Shown here piece after piece: positions 15,349 to 23,946 of a stretch of 64,000 nt of DNA. The first letter of the stretch is position 1, and every line of letters begins with the position of its first letter. The notes under the pieces are model-generated. The model searched no databases. It was not told the origin of the DNA and saw nothing but the letters and a program-made list of their open reading frames with translations. Source of the stretch: a virus (Duplodnaviria > Caudoviricetes); the IMG/VR virus record IMGVR_UViG_3300037067_017580, positions 1 through 64,000 of that record; one strand, given 5' to 3'. The position numbers were made by a program, and so were the translations under genes.

Positions 15349-16319
15349 AGCTTGAAAACATTGGATTTTATACACTATCAGACGACAGGGCGAATTCTTC
15401 CTCAATCTTTTCGCCCTTGCAAAGATGCGAACTAATCTTGGGCGGCAGATGTAATTTTAAATGTCCCTATTGCCGTGGGCTTAGACCTGACTTTTCTAAA
15501 GATATGACAGAAGAAGAGGCTCTTTCTGTCCTTGAAATATGGTGTCAAAATAGACTAAAAAATGTACGGTTTTCTGGTGGCGAGCCAACCATCTACAAAT
15601 ATTTAGGTAATCTAGTTTCGTTTTGTAAAGGAAATCAAGTAGAAAGAATCGCAATTTCAACCAATGGAAGCGCAGATATCTCGTTATATGAAGATTTATT
15701 TAACAGAGGGGTAAACGACTTTTCTATCTCTTTAGATTCTGGCTGTTGCTCTATTGGCGATAAAATGGCCGGAGGGGTTAGTGGGGCTTGGGAAAGAGTA
15801 ATTGAAACAATTAAATATCTTAGCAAAAGAACATATGTTACAGTGGGCATGGTTTTTACAGAAGAAAATATCAACCAGTGTTTGGAGTATGTTTTATTCG
15901 CTGATTCTCTTGGTGTTTCTGATATTAGAGTAATTCCTTCTGCTCAGTACAATAAAGCTCTTTCTATTTTAACCAAACTGCCAGAAGAAATTTTAAACAA
16001 GCATAAAATTCTAAAATATAGAATTAACAACATAAACAGCGGAAAACACGTTAGAGGGTTACAAAAGAACGACTGTAATCGGTGTTGGCTTGGCCTTGAC
16101 GATATGGTTTGTGTCGGAGGATATCATTTTCCGTGCATTATTCACATGAGGGAAGGCGGCGATCCTATTGGGAAAATTGGTCAAGATATTAGAACACAGA
16201 GAGAAAGCTGGGTTAAGAACCATAATTGTCAAACTGATCCAATTTGTATTAAAAACTGTTTAGATGTTTGCCGGGATTATAATAATAAATATGAAGAATT
16301 ACACGATAAAACATCTTGA
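15345..16319 (+). CDS. Radical SAM protein with Cys-rich C-terminal (twitch/SPASM-like) domain
   Basis: CNFKCPYC, SGGEPT, STNG, SISLD; ATGA-coupled to the ligase. Confidence 0.88.
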   Translation: MKLENIGFYTLSDDRANSSSIFSPLQRCELILGGRCNFKCPYCRGLRPDFSKDMTEEEALSVLEIWCQNRLKNVRFSGGEPTIYKYLGNLVSFCKGNQVERIAISTNGSADISLYEDLFNRGVNDFSISLDSGCCSIGDKMAGGVSGAWERVIETIKYLSKRTYVTVGMVFTEENINQCLEYVLFADSLGVSDIRVIPSAQYNKALSILTKLPEEILNKHKILKYRINNINSGKHVRGLQKNDCNRCWLGLDDMVCVGGYHFPCIIHMREGGDPIGKIGQDIRTQRESWVKNHNCQTDPICIKNCLDVCRDYNNKYEELHDKTS

Positions 16320-16584
16320 TCCGGGTTATTTTGATTGGCTTTCGTGGAAAAGTGGCTCTATTTTAGAAATTTTTAATATCCAGCACCGTTATTTCTCAAT
16401 TTCAAAAAATATAAACACCATTAGAAAATATGCCGTTGGATATTGTAAAGCAAAAGAGTTATTGTTCCGACCAAAACAAGGTTATATTGCAGTTATGTTC
16501 AACCATGGAGAAATATATAGCTGGTGGACACATTTAACTGAAAAAGAATTTAAAATTTGCTTTCCAGAGATAAATATTTGGTAA
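16291..16584 (+). CDS. Hypothetical protein
   Basis: Overlaps the radical SAM stop. Confidence 0.6.
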   Translation: MKNYTIKHLDPGYFDWLSWKSGSILEIFNIQHRYFSISKNINTIRKYAVGYCKAKELLFRPKQGYIAVMFNHGEIYSWWTHLTEKEFKICFPEINIW

Positions 16585-16591
16585 AATTGTA

Positions 16592-16619
16592 TTGACATTA
16601 CGAAATTTTATGATATAAT
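16592..16619 (+). promoter_or_regulatory. Sigma70-type promoter, 16-bp spacer, extended -10
   Basis: TTGACA-N16-TATAAT with TGn. Confidence 0.85.
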
Positions 16620-16741
16620 TAAAACGATAAACTGAATGACGGTTGATGTTCTTCCTGTCTTAGCATACCGGAAGTCAGCGGTAAAAGTCCGCAAAAGATG
16701 GCAAATATAGACAGGTTTTTTGTCTTTTAAGGAGGTTAAAA

Positions 16742-16951
16742 ATGGAATCAGGTTATTTTTGGGCTTTGGTTTGCAAAAAAGATAATTTAATCGGTACAAA
16801 CTATTTACCTTTTGGAACAATGTTTATAAATACTGTTAATGTTTTCACAACTAGAAAAGATGCAAGAAAAGCTAAATCAGCCTTAGTTAATCCAAAAGAA
16901 GCGAAAGTTACAAAAATTTTTATAGGGGAACTAAAAGGTTTTTCATGCTAA
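16742..16951 (+). CDS. Small hypothetical protein, WA...F.TRKDAR family
   Basis: AAGGAGG RBS; motif shared with three other ORFs. Confidence 0.75.
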   Translation: MESGYFWALVCKKDNLIGTNYLPFGTMFINTVNVFTTRKDARKAKSALVNPKEAKVTKIFIGELKGFSC

Positions 16952-17385
16952 AATATATTAAAAAACTCTATTATAATATCAAAAACCGCTTGCGGCTATC
17001 AAACCATCTTCCATCGGGCTTCCCTGCTGGAGAATATTATGAGCCGTGCGACCTAATCCCGGCTGTTCTTTTACAGGCGGTTGAAGATTTTGTTGCCAGA
17101 GACAAACAAGACGGGCTAAAATGGTTTAGTGACAGCGAATATCGTGAAAATATAATTGAAATTTTGCATTTTAAAATTATAGAACTTCCATTATTGGAAA
17201 AAGAATTTGACGACAAAGTTACGATTCTTTATGGGGGAATGCGGCTTGAAGATTTAAATACAAAAAGAACTCTTGATTGGGAAATTGGAAATTTAACTCT
17301 TAACACCGTAGAATCAAAAATAAATAGGCGCAAAAAAGAAATTCTTCATATAATTATTGATATTTATCCTTATTTATGGAGTTAG
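16945..17385 (+). CDS. Hypothetical protein
   Basis: Overlapping packing, 146 aa. Confidence 0.7.
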   Translation: MLKYIKKLYYNIKNRLRLSNHLPSGFPAGEYYEPCDLIPAVLLQAVEDFVARDKQDGLKWFSDSEYRENIIEILHFKIIELPLLEKEFDDKVTILYGGMRLEDLNTKRTLDWEIGNLTLNTVESKINRRKKEILHIIIDIYPYLWS

Positions 17386-17391
17386 ACCATT

Positions 17392-17784
17392 ATGAAAATT
17401 GAACCAATTAGTGAATTTGAAACAAAAAACAATATTAGATTCCATTGCTACCAACAACGACCAGAAGATTTTAAACCTGGGGCGATTTTAAAGATAAGAA
17501 ACTATAATTATGAAAAAGACAGATATTTTAAAGCAGATACGGTTGATAAGGCTGGAAAAAGTTGTAGAGATTATCTAAAAAGTATATTGCCATATATTGA
17601 TGCGGAGTTAAACAGACAAATAGACATAAAAATGCCAAAATATTTAATAAAACCAACTCAAAACATGATAAATAAAATACAAAAAATTATCAAAAATAAT
17701 AGTAATAAATCTATTAATTTTGCATTTAAAAACACAGTAGATATTGGAACAAAAGAAATCGTCCTTATATATCTGGAGGAATAA
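17392..17784 (+). CDS. Hypothetical protein
   Basis: GGAG RBS, 130 aa. Confidence 0.65.
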   Translation: MKIEPISEFETKNNIRFHCYQQRPEDFKPGAILKIRNYNYEKDRYFKADTVDKAGKSCRDYLKSILPYIDAELNRQIDIKMPKYLIKPTQNMINKIQKIIKNNSNKSINFAFKNTVDIGTKEIVLIYLEE

Positions 17785-17913
17785 AAATGAGAACAGCAAA
17801 AAAAGAATGGTTGTTAAAAGTAATTGATCTTTTGTATAATACATGTATTGATCAAGGAGGTTTTAACTGCTTATGAAAATCCAACAAAATCAAAAGAAAT
17901 CGGTTAAAATCAC

Positions 17914-17942
17914 TTGCTTTTTAACCCTAAATGTAGTATATT
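17914..17942 (+). promoter_or_regulatory. Element-internal promoter, 17-bp spacer
   Basis: TTGCTT-N17-TATATT followed by AAGGAG RBS. Confidence 0.55.
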
Positions 17943-17955
17943 TAAGGAGTGAAAG

Positions 17956-18126
17956 ATGAAAGTCATAAAGGTAACGAAAGAGTATTTCCAGACAGAGGAC
18001 GAGAAGGTTTATTTCTTCGAGCCTTTGGAAAAAGAAATATCCGTTGAGGATATGCAGAAGATTGTGGACGCAAACGAAAAATTAGTTAAGGAGTTGGAAG
18101 ATGGAACACGTACCATTTCCAAATAA
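17956..18126 (+). CDS. 56-aa ORF at the start of the IS607-type element
   Basis: AAGGAG RBS; MKVIKVTKEYFQTEDEKVYFFEPLEKEISVEDMQKIV...; missing from the track. Confidence 0.75.
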   Translation: MKVIKVTKEYFQTEDEKVYFFEPLEKEISVEDMQKIVDANEKLVKELEDGTRTISK

Positions 18127-18646
18127 GAAGTATCAAATTATCTATGCTGATCCACCTTGGAGTTATAACGACAAAATGGCTGGACATAGTTTTAGCTTAG
18201 ACCACGAATATGAAACACAGAGTAAACAGTGGATAAGTCAATTACCCGTAGGTGAATTAGCAGAAAAAGATGCCTGTTTATTTTTATGGGTAACAAGTCC
18301 ACTACTTGATGAAGGTATAAAAGTTTTAGAAGATTGGGGGTTTAAGTATAAAACAATAGCGTTTGTTTGGAGTAAATACACTAAAAACGGAATATTGGTC
18401 AGTAATTTAGGAAGGTGGACAATGGGCAATGTGGAGCTTTGTCTGCTTGGTATAAAAGGTAAGCCGAATAGCTGGAGAGTTGATAAAAGCATAAAACAAC
18501 TTGTTCAGGCAGAGAGAACAAAGCACAGCAAAAAACCACAAGAAGTTAGAGACAGAATAATAAAACTTTTGGGGGATAGAAGCAGAATAGAATTATTTGC
18601 TCGGCAAAAGACAGACGGTTGGGATGTTTGGGGTAATGAAGTATGA
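18101..18646 (+). CDS. MT-A70 family N6-adenine methyltransferase
   Basis: IIYADPPW; LFLWVT; WGFKYKT; ELCLLG; HSKKP; ELFAR..WDVWGNE. Confidence 0.92.
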   Translation: MEHVPFPNKKYQIIYADPPWSYNDKMAGHSFSLDHEYETQSKQWISQLPVGELAEKDACLFLWVTSPLLDEGIKVLEDWGFKYKTIAFVWSKYTKNGILVSNLGRWTMGNVELCLLGIKGKPNSWRVDKSIKQLVQAERTKHSKKPQEVRDRIIKLLGDRSRIELFARQKTDGWDVWGNEV

Positions 18647-19260
18647 AAATCTATAAAATCACAGAAGCAAGCGAATATCTTGGGGTATCAATCAACACGC
18701 TCAAGACGCTTGCCAACAATGGAAAGATAAAGTCTTTCAAGACTACTGGTGGGCATAGGCGTTTCCGTCAGGAAGACTTAGACGCTTATATGGGAGTTGA
18801 GAAAGAAAAACAAGAAAAGTTGACTGTGATTTATGCGAGATGTTCAACCGCAAAGCAGAAAGAAAACCTTGAACGGCAAAAAGACAGGTTGAGAAAACAC
18901 GCAGAAGCCAAAGGTTATAAGTATGTTTTGATTGATGAGATTGCCAGCGGAATAAACGAGAAGCGAAACGGCATACACAAGTTAATCAAAATGTGTTTTG
19001 AAGGTAAAGTTGAACGAGTTCTGATTGAATACAAAGATAGACTTGCCAGATTTGGTTATGAATATCTTGATGCCATATTTACCAATCTTGAAATCACAGT
19101 TGAAATAATGGAAGTGAAAAACAAGAAATACGAAGAAGAATTGGCAGAGGATATTATGAAAATTCTCACTTGCTATTCGGCAAGATATTACGGTGCAAGA
19201 GGTGGTAGAAAGAAGAAAATTAAGGTTGAAAATGAACCAGTCGAATCTAATGGAATTTGA
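18643..19260 (+). CDS. tnpA: IS607-family TnpA (MerR-like HTH plus serine recombinase)
   Basis: EASEYLGVS..TGGHRRF; IYARCST (catalytic Ser); DRLARFGY; EELAED. Confidence 0.95.
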   Translation: MKIYKITEASEYLGVSINTLKTLANNGKIKSFKTTGGHRRFRQEDLDAYMGVEKEKQEKLTVIYARCSTAKQKENLERQKDRLRKHAEAKGYKYVLIDEIASGINEKRNGIHKLIKMCFEGKVERVLIEYKDRLARFGYEYLDAIFTNLEITVEIMEVKNKKYEEELAEDIMKILTCYSARYYGARGGRKKKIKVENEPVESNGI

Positions 19261-19501
19261 AAAGGAGGAGATGGAGGGTGTGTTTTGTGTTTAAAAAAAT
19301 ATACAATTAAAGAAATATTACCCTTAGTTGAAGAATATAATTCAAAATTAAAGTTTAAATTTGAAATAAAAACAGAAAAAGGAACAATAGATTGGGGAGA
19401 AAACCAAGAATGGATAGTAATAGCAGATGAAAGCACTCCTCTTTCTGCCGCAACAATAGAATGGGCTGATATTTATATAAAAATTTAATAAGGAATTTTA
19501 T

Positions 19502-19696
19502 ATGCGTAGCAAAACACCAGAATTTGGAACCAAAAGAATTAAAAAGTGGTTTGCATTTTTTCCAGTTAAAATACTTTATGATGGGATAATGGAAAAGCGC
19601 TGGCTTGAAACAGTAATGGTCGAACAAGTATTTTTTAAATATTTTCCCTTCGGAAGTGGCTGGACAAACAACAGGTTTATAGATGAGGAGAAGTAA
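19502..19696 (+). CDS. Hypothetical phage protein (FAFFPV..RWLE)
   Basis: AAGGA RBS. Confidence 0.7.
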   Translation: MRSKTPEFGTKRIKKWFAFFPVKILYDGIMEKRWLETVMVEQVFFKYFPFGSGWTNNRFIDEEK

Positions 19697-20062
19697 ATGG
19701 ACATAAAAACAATCACATCTATAAAGCTAAAAGAAAAGTCTGAAAATATAGAATATCTTTCTATCCTTAATTTTATCTTAGCTTTTATAAGTGCTTTTTG
19801 TGGAATTTTTTGCGCATATGTTGGGTTTGACTGGTTGGCAGCAATTCCATTACTTGTCTCTATATTTTTTCTAATAAGCTCAATGTTTCTGGTATATAAA
19901 TCTTCTGTATTGTTTGGAGAAAAAATGGATAGAATTTCTAGTGTTCCATATAAAAAGTTGCTTTTAGCACTTAAAAACGACAAAGAAAATGGATACTGGG
20001 ATGTTTTAGAGTGCGAAGAATGTCATTTCCCCGGAGATTGTCTTTTATGTGGAGCTAAATAA
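19697..20062 (+). CDS. Membrane protein with C-terminal Cys cluster
   Basis: Two hydrophobic helices; CEECHFPGDCLLC. Confidence 0.7.
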   Translation: MDIKTITSIKLKEKSENIEYLSILNFILAFISAFCGIFCAYVGFDWLAAIPLLVSIFFLISSMFLVYKSSVLFGEKMDRISSVPYKKLLLALKNDKENGYWDVLECEECHFPGDCLLCGAK

Positions 20063-20063
20063 A

Positions 20064-20279
20064 ATGAAAATTAAAAAAATAATTAGTCAAGACAGAAGAG
20101 ATTTTACTGCTATTTATGAGTGTGAACACTGTGGAGCCACTGAAGAAGGATATGGCTACGACGATAAAAATTTCCATAATAATGTTATTCCCAAAATTGC
20201 CTGTAAAAAATGTGGTAAAATAGCACCAGAAGAATATCGATCACTTACTACAAAATACGAAGAATGGGAAAGTGTATGA
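20064..20279 (+). CDS. Small Zn-finger protein
   Basis: CEHCG...CKKCG. Confidence 0.7.
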   Translation: MKIKKIISQDRRDFTAIYECEHCGATEEGYGYDDKNFHNNVIPKIACKKCGKIAPEEYRSLTTKYEEWESV

Positions 20280-20872
20280 AAAATATAGGTGTTGACCTAG
20301 ACGGCTGTGTCTATGATTTTGGCTCTAAGTTCTTAGCAATGCTTAATCTGCGGCTTGGAACCAATTATGGTTATTATGACCAAACCCATTGGTTTTATGA
20401 AGAATCTTTGGGCATTGATAAAAAAATCACCGAAGAAGTGTTTAAGTGTTTCGTTGACAACAAAATGTATCAATCTCTTGATATTTATCCATACGCACAA
20501 GAGGGGCTTTGTCTATTAGAGTCGCAGGGCTATCATATCCATTACATAACATCTCGCCCACATGAAGGAATTAGGCCAACCTTGAAGAAAATTTTAAGTG
20601 ATGGTTTACCTATGACAGGCATATATTTCTGTAACACCGACGAAGAAAAGATAAAATATTCAAAAAATAATGATATTTCTCTTGTAATTGAAGATAAACC
20701 GAGTATAATAGACCTATATATGAAGAACGGAATAAAGGTTATAAAAATAGAGCACCCATATAATAAAGAAATAAAAGCAACTAAAAGATTAGATGGTGGC
20801 CCACGATCAGCATCAGCACACTGGGAAAATATCCCTATTGTTATTGAAAAAATATTTAAAGAAAGCACCTAA
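20276..20872 (+). CDS. HAD-superfamily 5'(3')-nucleotidase-like protein
   Basis: IGVDLDG, ITSR, K, IEDKP. Confidence 0.85.
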   Translation: MKNIGVDLDGCVYDFGSKFLAMLNLRLGTNYGYYDQTHWFYEESLGIDKKITEEVFKCFVDNKMYQSLDIYPYAQEGLCLLESQGYHIHYITSRPHEGIRPTLKKILSDGLPMTGIYFCNTDEEKIKYSKNNDISLVIEDKPSIIDLYMKNGIKVIKIEHPYNKEIKATKRLDGGPRSASAHWENIPIVIEKIFKEST

Positions 20873-20873
20873 A

Positions 20874-21329
20874 ATGTCAAAACAGCCAAAAAATATAACA
20901 ATATTTGCCACAATTATTTCAAAAGATCATAAGATTTTGGAATTTTCGGCCATTTCTACTAATACTCTTTTTGATTATTCTGGTGAATTTACTGTTCTTG
21001 TTGAGAATAAGTCTAAAGATGTCCCAGCTTTTTATGAGAAATTTAACAAAAAAACAGACCGTATAGACTTATCTTCGGCAATTGATAAATTTCTTCTTTG
21101 GTTGCCCCACGATACAGATATTGTCGCCAATAGATATTATGATACGTTTTTAAGAATTCTCAAAGAAAACGAAATTAGATTGCCCAGTCTTAAAGTTTAT
21201 TATATTGAAGATGAGGCGGCGGCAAAAGAAGATATCGGAAGCATATCTGGAAATCCGTCTCTTCAAATCGCTAGAAAGAACTATCATTATTTGAGGAAAA
21301 ACTATAATGGAAACAAAAGAAGAAAATAA
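20874..21329 (+). CDS. Degenerate DnaQ/DEDDh exonuclease-like protein
   Basis: ILEFSAI..EFTVLV..AIDKFL..IVAN..D.FL spacing matches DnaQ, but Exo I DxE and Exo III H..D are absent. Confidence 0.4.
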   Translation: MSKQPKNITIFATIISKDHKILEFSAISTNTLFDYSGEFTVLVENKSKDVPAFYEKFNKKTDRIDLSSAIDKFLLWLPHDTDIVANRYYDTFLRILKENEIRLPSLKVYYIEDEAAAKEDIGSISGNPSLQIARKNYHYLRKNYNGNKRRK

Positions 21330-21942
21330 CCAAAAAATAGAAAATTTTATCAAAGAAGCATATGATTTTCCAAAAATGTCGTGTTCTCAGATAAAACATA
21401 AAATGTGCGAACTATTAAACAGTCTTACAGGGTTTGAAGAAAGGCAAAGTTTTGTCCGCAAATATTCGTGGTCTATTCCGTGCAAAGAAGCTATTGATGC
21501 GATTAAAAAGCATTCTTTAGATAATAAAATAACAGATATCATGGCCGGATCTGGATGGTGGGCAAAAAATTTAGAAGATGCAGGAATGGAAGTTTCCGCA
21601 ATTGACAATAGAATTGGGAAAAACAATCAGTTTGGACATCAAATTAGCCACTTTTTCATAGAAGAACAAGACTGCACAACATGGGCGAAAGCAAATAACC
21701 AGAATCCTGTTACAATCTTAATGTCGTGGCCTCCATATGAAGAAAATGCTGCATTTAAATGTGTAAAAATGCTTGCCGCTGGAACTATAATTTGTTATAT
21801 TGGAGAAGAAATTGGCGGTTGCTGTGGAAATAATAGTTTATTTAACTTTTTTGAAAACGAGTGTGAAAAAATTGAAAAAATAAAAATTCCCCAATTTTAT
21901 GGGATGCACGATTATTTAATAATTTATAAAAAAGTAAAATAA
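21307..21942 (+). CDS. Class I SAM-dependent methyltransferase-like protein
   Basis: ITDIMAGSGWW, AID, LMSWPPY, YIGE..GC. Confidence 0.65.
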   Translation: METKEENNQKIENFIKEAYDFPKMSCSQIKHKMCELLNSLTGFEERQSFVRKYSWSIPCKEAIDAIKKHSLDNKITDIMAGSGWWAKNLEDAGMEVSAIDNRIGKNNQFGHQISHFFIEEQDCTTWAKANNQNPVTILMSWPPYEENAAFKCVKMLAAGTIICYIGEEIGGCCGNNSLFNFFENECEKIEKIKIPQFYGMHDYLIIYKKVK

Positions 21943-21944
21943 AA

Positions 21945-22151
21945 ATGACAATCAAAACTAAACTCAAATTGTGTCCATTTTGCGGGTGCAGTATCATAGC
22001 AACAGGAGATAATTCATCACCATATAACCAAAACGGTGATGTTAGGTTCTTCGCAAAGTGTACACACTGCAATGTAACAATGTATGGTAAAACACAAGAC
22101 AATGTTTTATTTTACTGGAACCGCCGCCTAAAAATAGAAAATAATAACTAA
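21945..22151 (+). CDS. Lar-family restriction-alleviation-like protein
   Basis: LKLCPFCG...CTHC...WNRR. Confidence 0.7.
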   Translation: MTIKTKLKLCPFCGCSIIATGDNSSPYNQNGDVRFFAKCTHCNVTMYGKTQDNVLFYWNRRLKIENNN

Positions 22152-22282
22152 GGATAAAAAATGGATTTGTTCGATGACTATAAAAATGGCATATCTTACA
22201 TATGGGGAGCTATTGTATTAGGGATATTACTTGGTATATCTCTAAAAATTGACAAAATCACCACGCTTTTGGAGGAAATGAA

Positions 22283-22618
22283 ATGAAGTTTTGGATAATG
22301 GTAGCGGGTGGCATATTTATTCAGTATGCTCTTGTATATATCGCAACAAATAATGCTTGCGTAGAATGGATTAAAGCAAGCCCATACTGTTTTTACCCGC
22401 TATTTTTTCATGCAGCAATTTTGAATTTTGCGATGTATATTTATCCTGCCTGCAAAATACAGGATATATACTTTGTAGAGCTTGACGAATATACAAAACG
22501 CCCTAAAATACCAGATAGGGTTATCGCTTCTTTTATATGTGCGGGCATGGTAGCCGTAAACTTTATTGCGTTTTTTGTAAAGATGTATCCTATTTTTTCT
22601 GCGGAGGCAACGAAATGA
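22283..22618 (+). CDS. Membrane protein
   Basis: Three hydrophobic segments. Confidence 0.65.
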   Translation: MKFWIMVAGGIFIQYALVYIATNNACVEWIKASPYCFYPLFFHAAILNFAMYIYPACKIQDIYFVELDEYTKRPKIPDRVIASFICAGMVAVNFIAFFVKMYPIFSAEATK

Positions 22619-22773
22619 AAAATTGTCCAGAATATAAATTATTTGAAAAAATTGACCCAAGAGATTTCTCTAATATTCGACATAATTTAAATCATTTTTG
22701 GGAAAGGATGCTCGCACGAATAGAGGCAGATAATTTTGCTGAAAAAGCCAGAGAAAAATTATGGATAAATTAG
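22615..22773 (+). CDS. Hypothetical protein
   Basis: GGAGG RBS, ATGA overlap. Confidence 0.5.
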   Translation: MKNCPEYKLFEKIDPRDFSNIRHNLNHFWERMLARIEADNFAEKAREKLWIN

Positions 22774-22991
22774 ATCTTAACTATATTAATAGTCTTCCTC
22801 AGCCTTTTTTGGTTAGGTTTTTAGGAGACAAAACAGAGTGGCCATTATATGATATTGATGTAGAAACAGGCTTATTAAGAATTGATGTAATAGGAAAACT
22901 TCAAATTAAACATATTGGAGAAGTTTCTTTCTTTATAGACGACGATGGCAATCAGCACGACAGCGATAGTTTTTATCTTATGCAGTGTTAA
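22761..22991 (+). CDS. Hypothetical protein
   Basis: Operon packing. Confidence 0.65.
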   Translation: MDKLDLNYINSLPQPFLVRFLGDKTEWPLYDIDVETGLLRIDVIGKLQIKHIGEVSFFIDDDGNQHDSDSFYLMQC

Positions 22992-23008
22992 GTTTTCTAA
23001 GGAGCAAA

Positions 23009-23944
23009 ATGTTTTATAATTTTATCGGAAACGACATAGCTAAACAAAGATTAGAGATATCGGTAAAAGCTTCACAAAAAAACAATGAAAAACTTCCTAA
23101 TTTTTTATTCAGCGGCAGCGCAGGTGTTGGCAAAACAAAAATGTTCCATAGTTTATGCGAAGAGACATTTTCAATTCCGGTTTATATAAACGCCAGTACC
23201 CTTGATAGCATAAGCGAATTAATGAACGATATAGAAAAAGCCGTTGGTCAATTTGCACTATATAAAACAAGACGGTATATTATAATTGGAATTGACGAAG
23301 CCCACGCTCTAAAAAGAAAAGTTTGCGACTCTCTTTTAACCTTAATTAGTGAAAATAAAATAACTTATAAAAATGGCCGCTATCCGGTTACAACAAAAAT
23401 TGTTAATAGAAATACTGGCAAAAACGATTTTCTTTCGTGGGTATTTATGACAAATCGCGCCGGAGAATTGCCGCTGGCTCTCAAATCACGACTAACTGAA
23501 GTTGACTTTATTAACTATCAAGAAGATGAAAAAACAATAATTGCGGCAAATATTCTTAAAAAAGCAGGGATTTTATCAAATAATGAATCAGTTAAAGAGA
23601 TTGGCAAACGGTGTTGGTCGGCGCGAGAAGTAACTCAAACCACAGAAATGTTAATTTCCTATCTATCTTTGGACAACACAACAACCATAACACAAGAAAT
23701 TATAGAAAAATTCTTTAAAATATATGGAATCGACCAAAATGGTCTTGGACAATCAGAAAAAATGTACTATAATATAGTAAGAGGAGCAAAAAGCCCAATT
23801 AGTCTACAGTCTATCGCGGCTATTATGGATATCGGGATTAAAGATGTATCAGACATTGAACGTAAACTTATATCGTTAAATATGGTTACAGTAACTCCGC
23901 AGGGGAGAATTTGTACCGATCAGGAAAAGGAAATAGGAATTTAA
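23009..23944 (+). CDS. ruvB: RuvB-like AAA+ ATPase
   Basis: FIGN, Walker A GSAGVGKT, Walker B IDEAH, TNRAG, LKSR, C-terminal wHTH with TPQGR. Confidence 0.75.
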   Translation: MFYNFIGNDIAKQRLEISVKASQKNNEKLPNFLFSGSAGVGKTKMFHSLCEETFSIPVYINASTLDSISELMNDIEKAVGQFALYKTRRYIIIGIDEAHALKRKVCDSLLTLISENKITYKNGRYPVTTKIVNRNTGKNDFLSWVFMTNRAGELPLALKSRLTEVDFINYQEDEKTIIAANILKKAGILSNNESVKEIGKRCWSAREVTQTTEMLISYLSLDNTTTITQEIIEKFFKIYGIDQNGLGQSEKMYYNIVRGAKSPISLQSIAAIMDIGIKDVSDIERKLISLNMVTVTPQGRICTDQEKEIGI

Positions 23945-23946
23945 AA

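Larger units (their letters stand above)
17861..19268 (+). mobile_element. IS607-type cargo element (about 1408 bp): small ORF, MT-A70 MTase, serine recombinase; no tnpB
   Basis: AAGGAGG at both junctions (17854-17860, 19262-19268); in-frame empty site; own promoter; distinct codon use. Confidence 0.8.
17787..19488 (+). pseudogene. 97-aa hypothetical gene split by the IS607-type insertion (halves 17787..17860 and 19269..19488)
   Basis: Joining at the shared AAGGAGG gives one open frame MRTAKKEWLL...IDQGG/DGGCVLCLKKYTIKE...IYIKI*. Confidence 0.75.
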
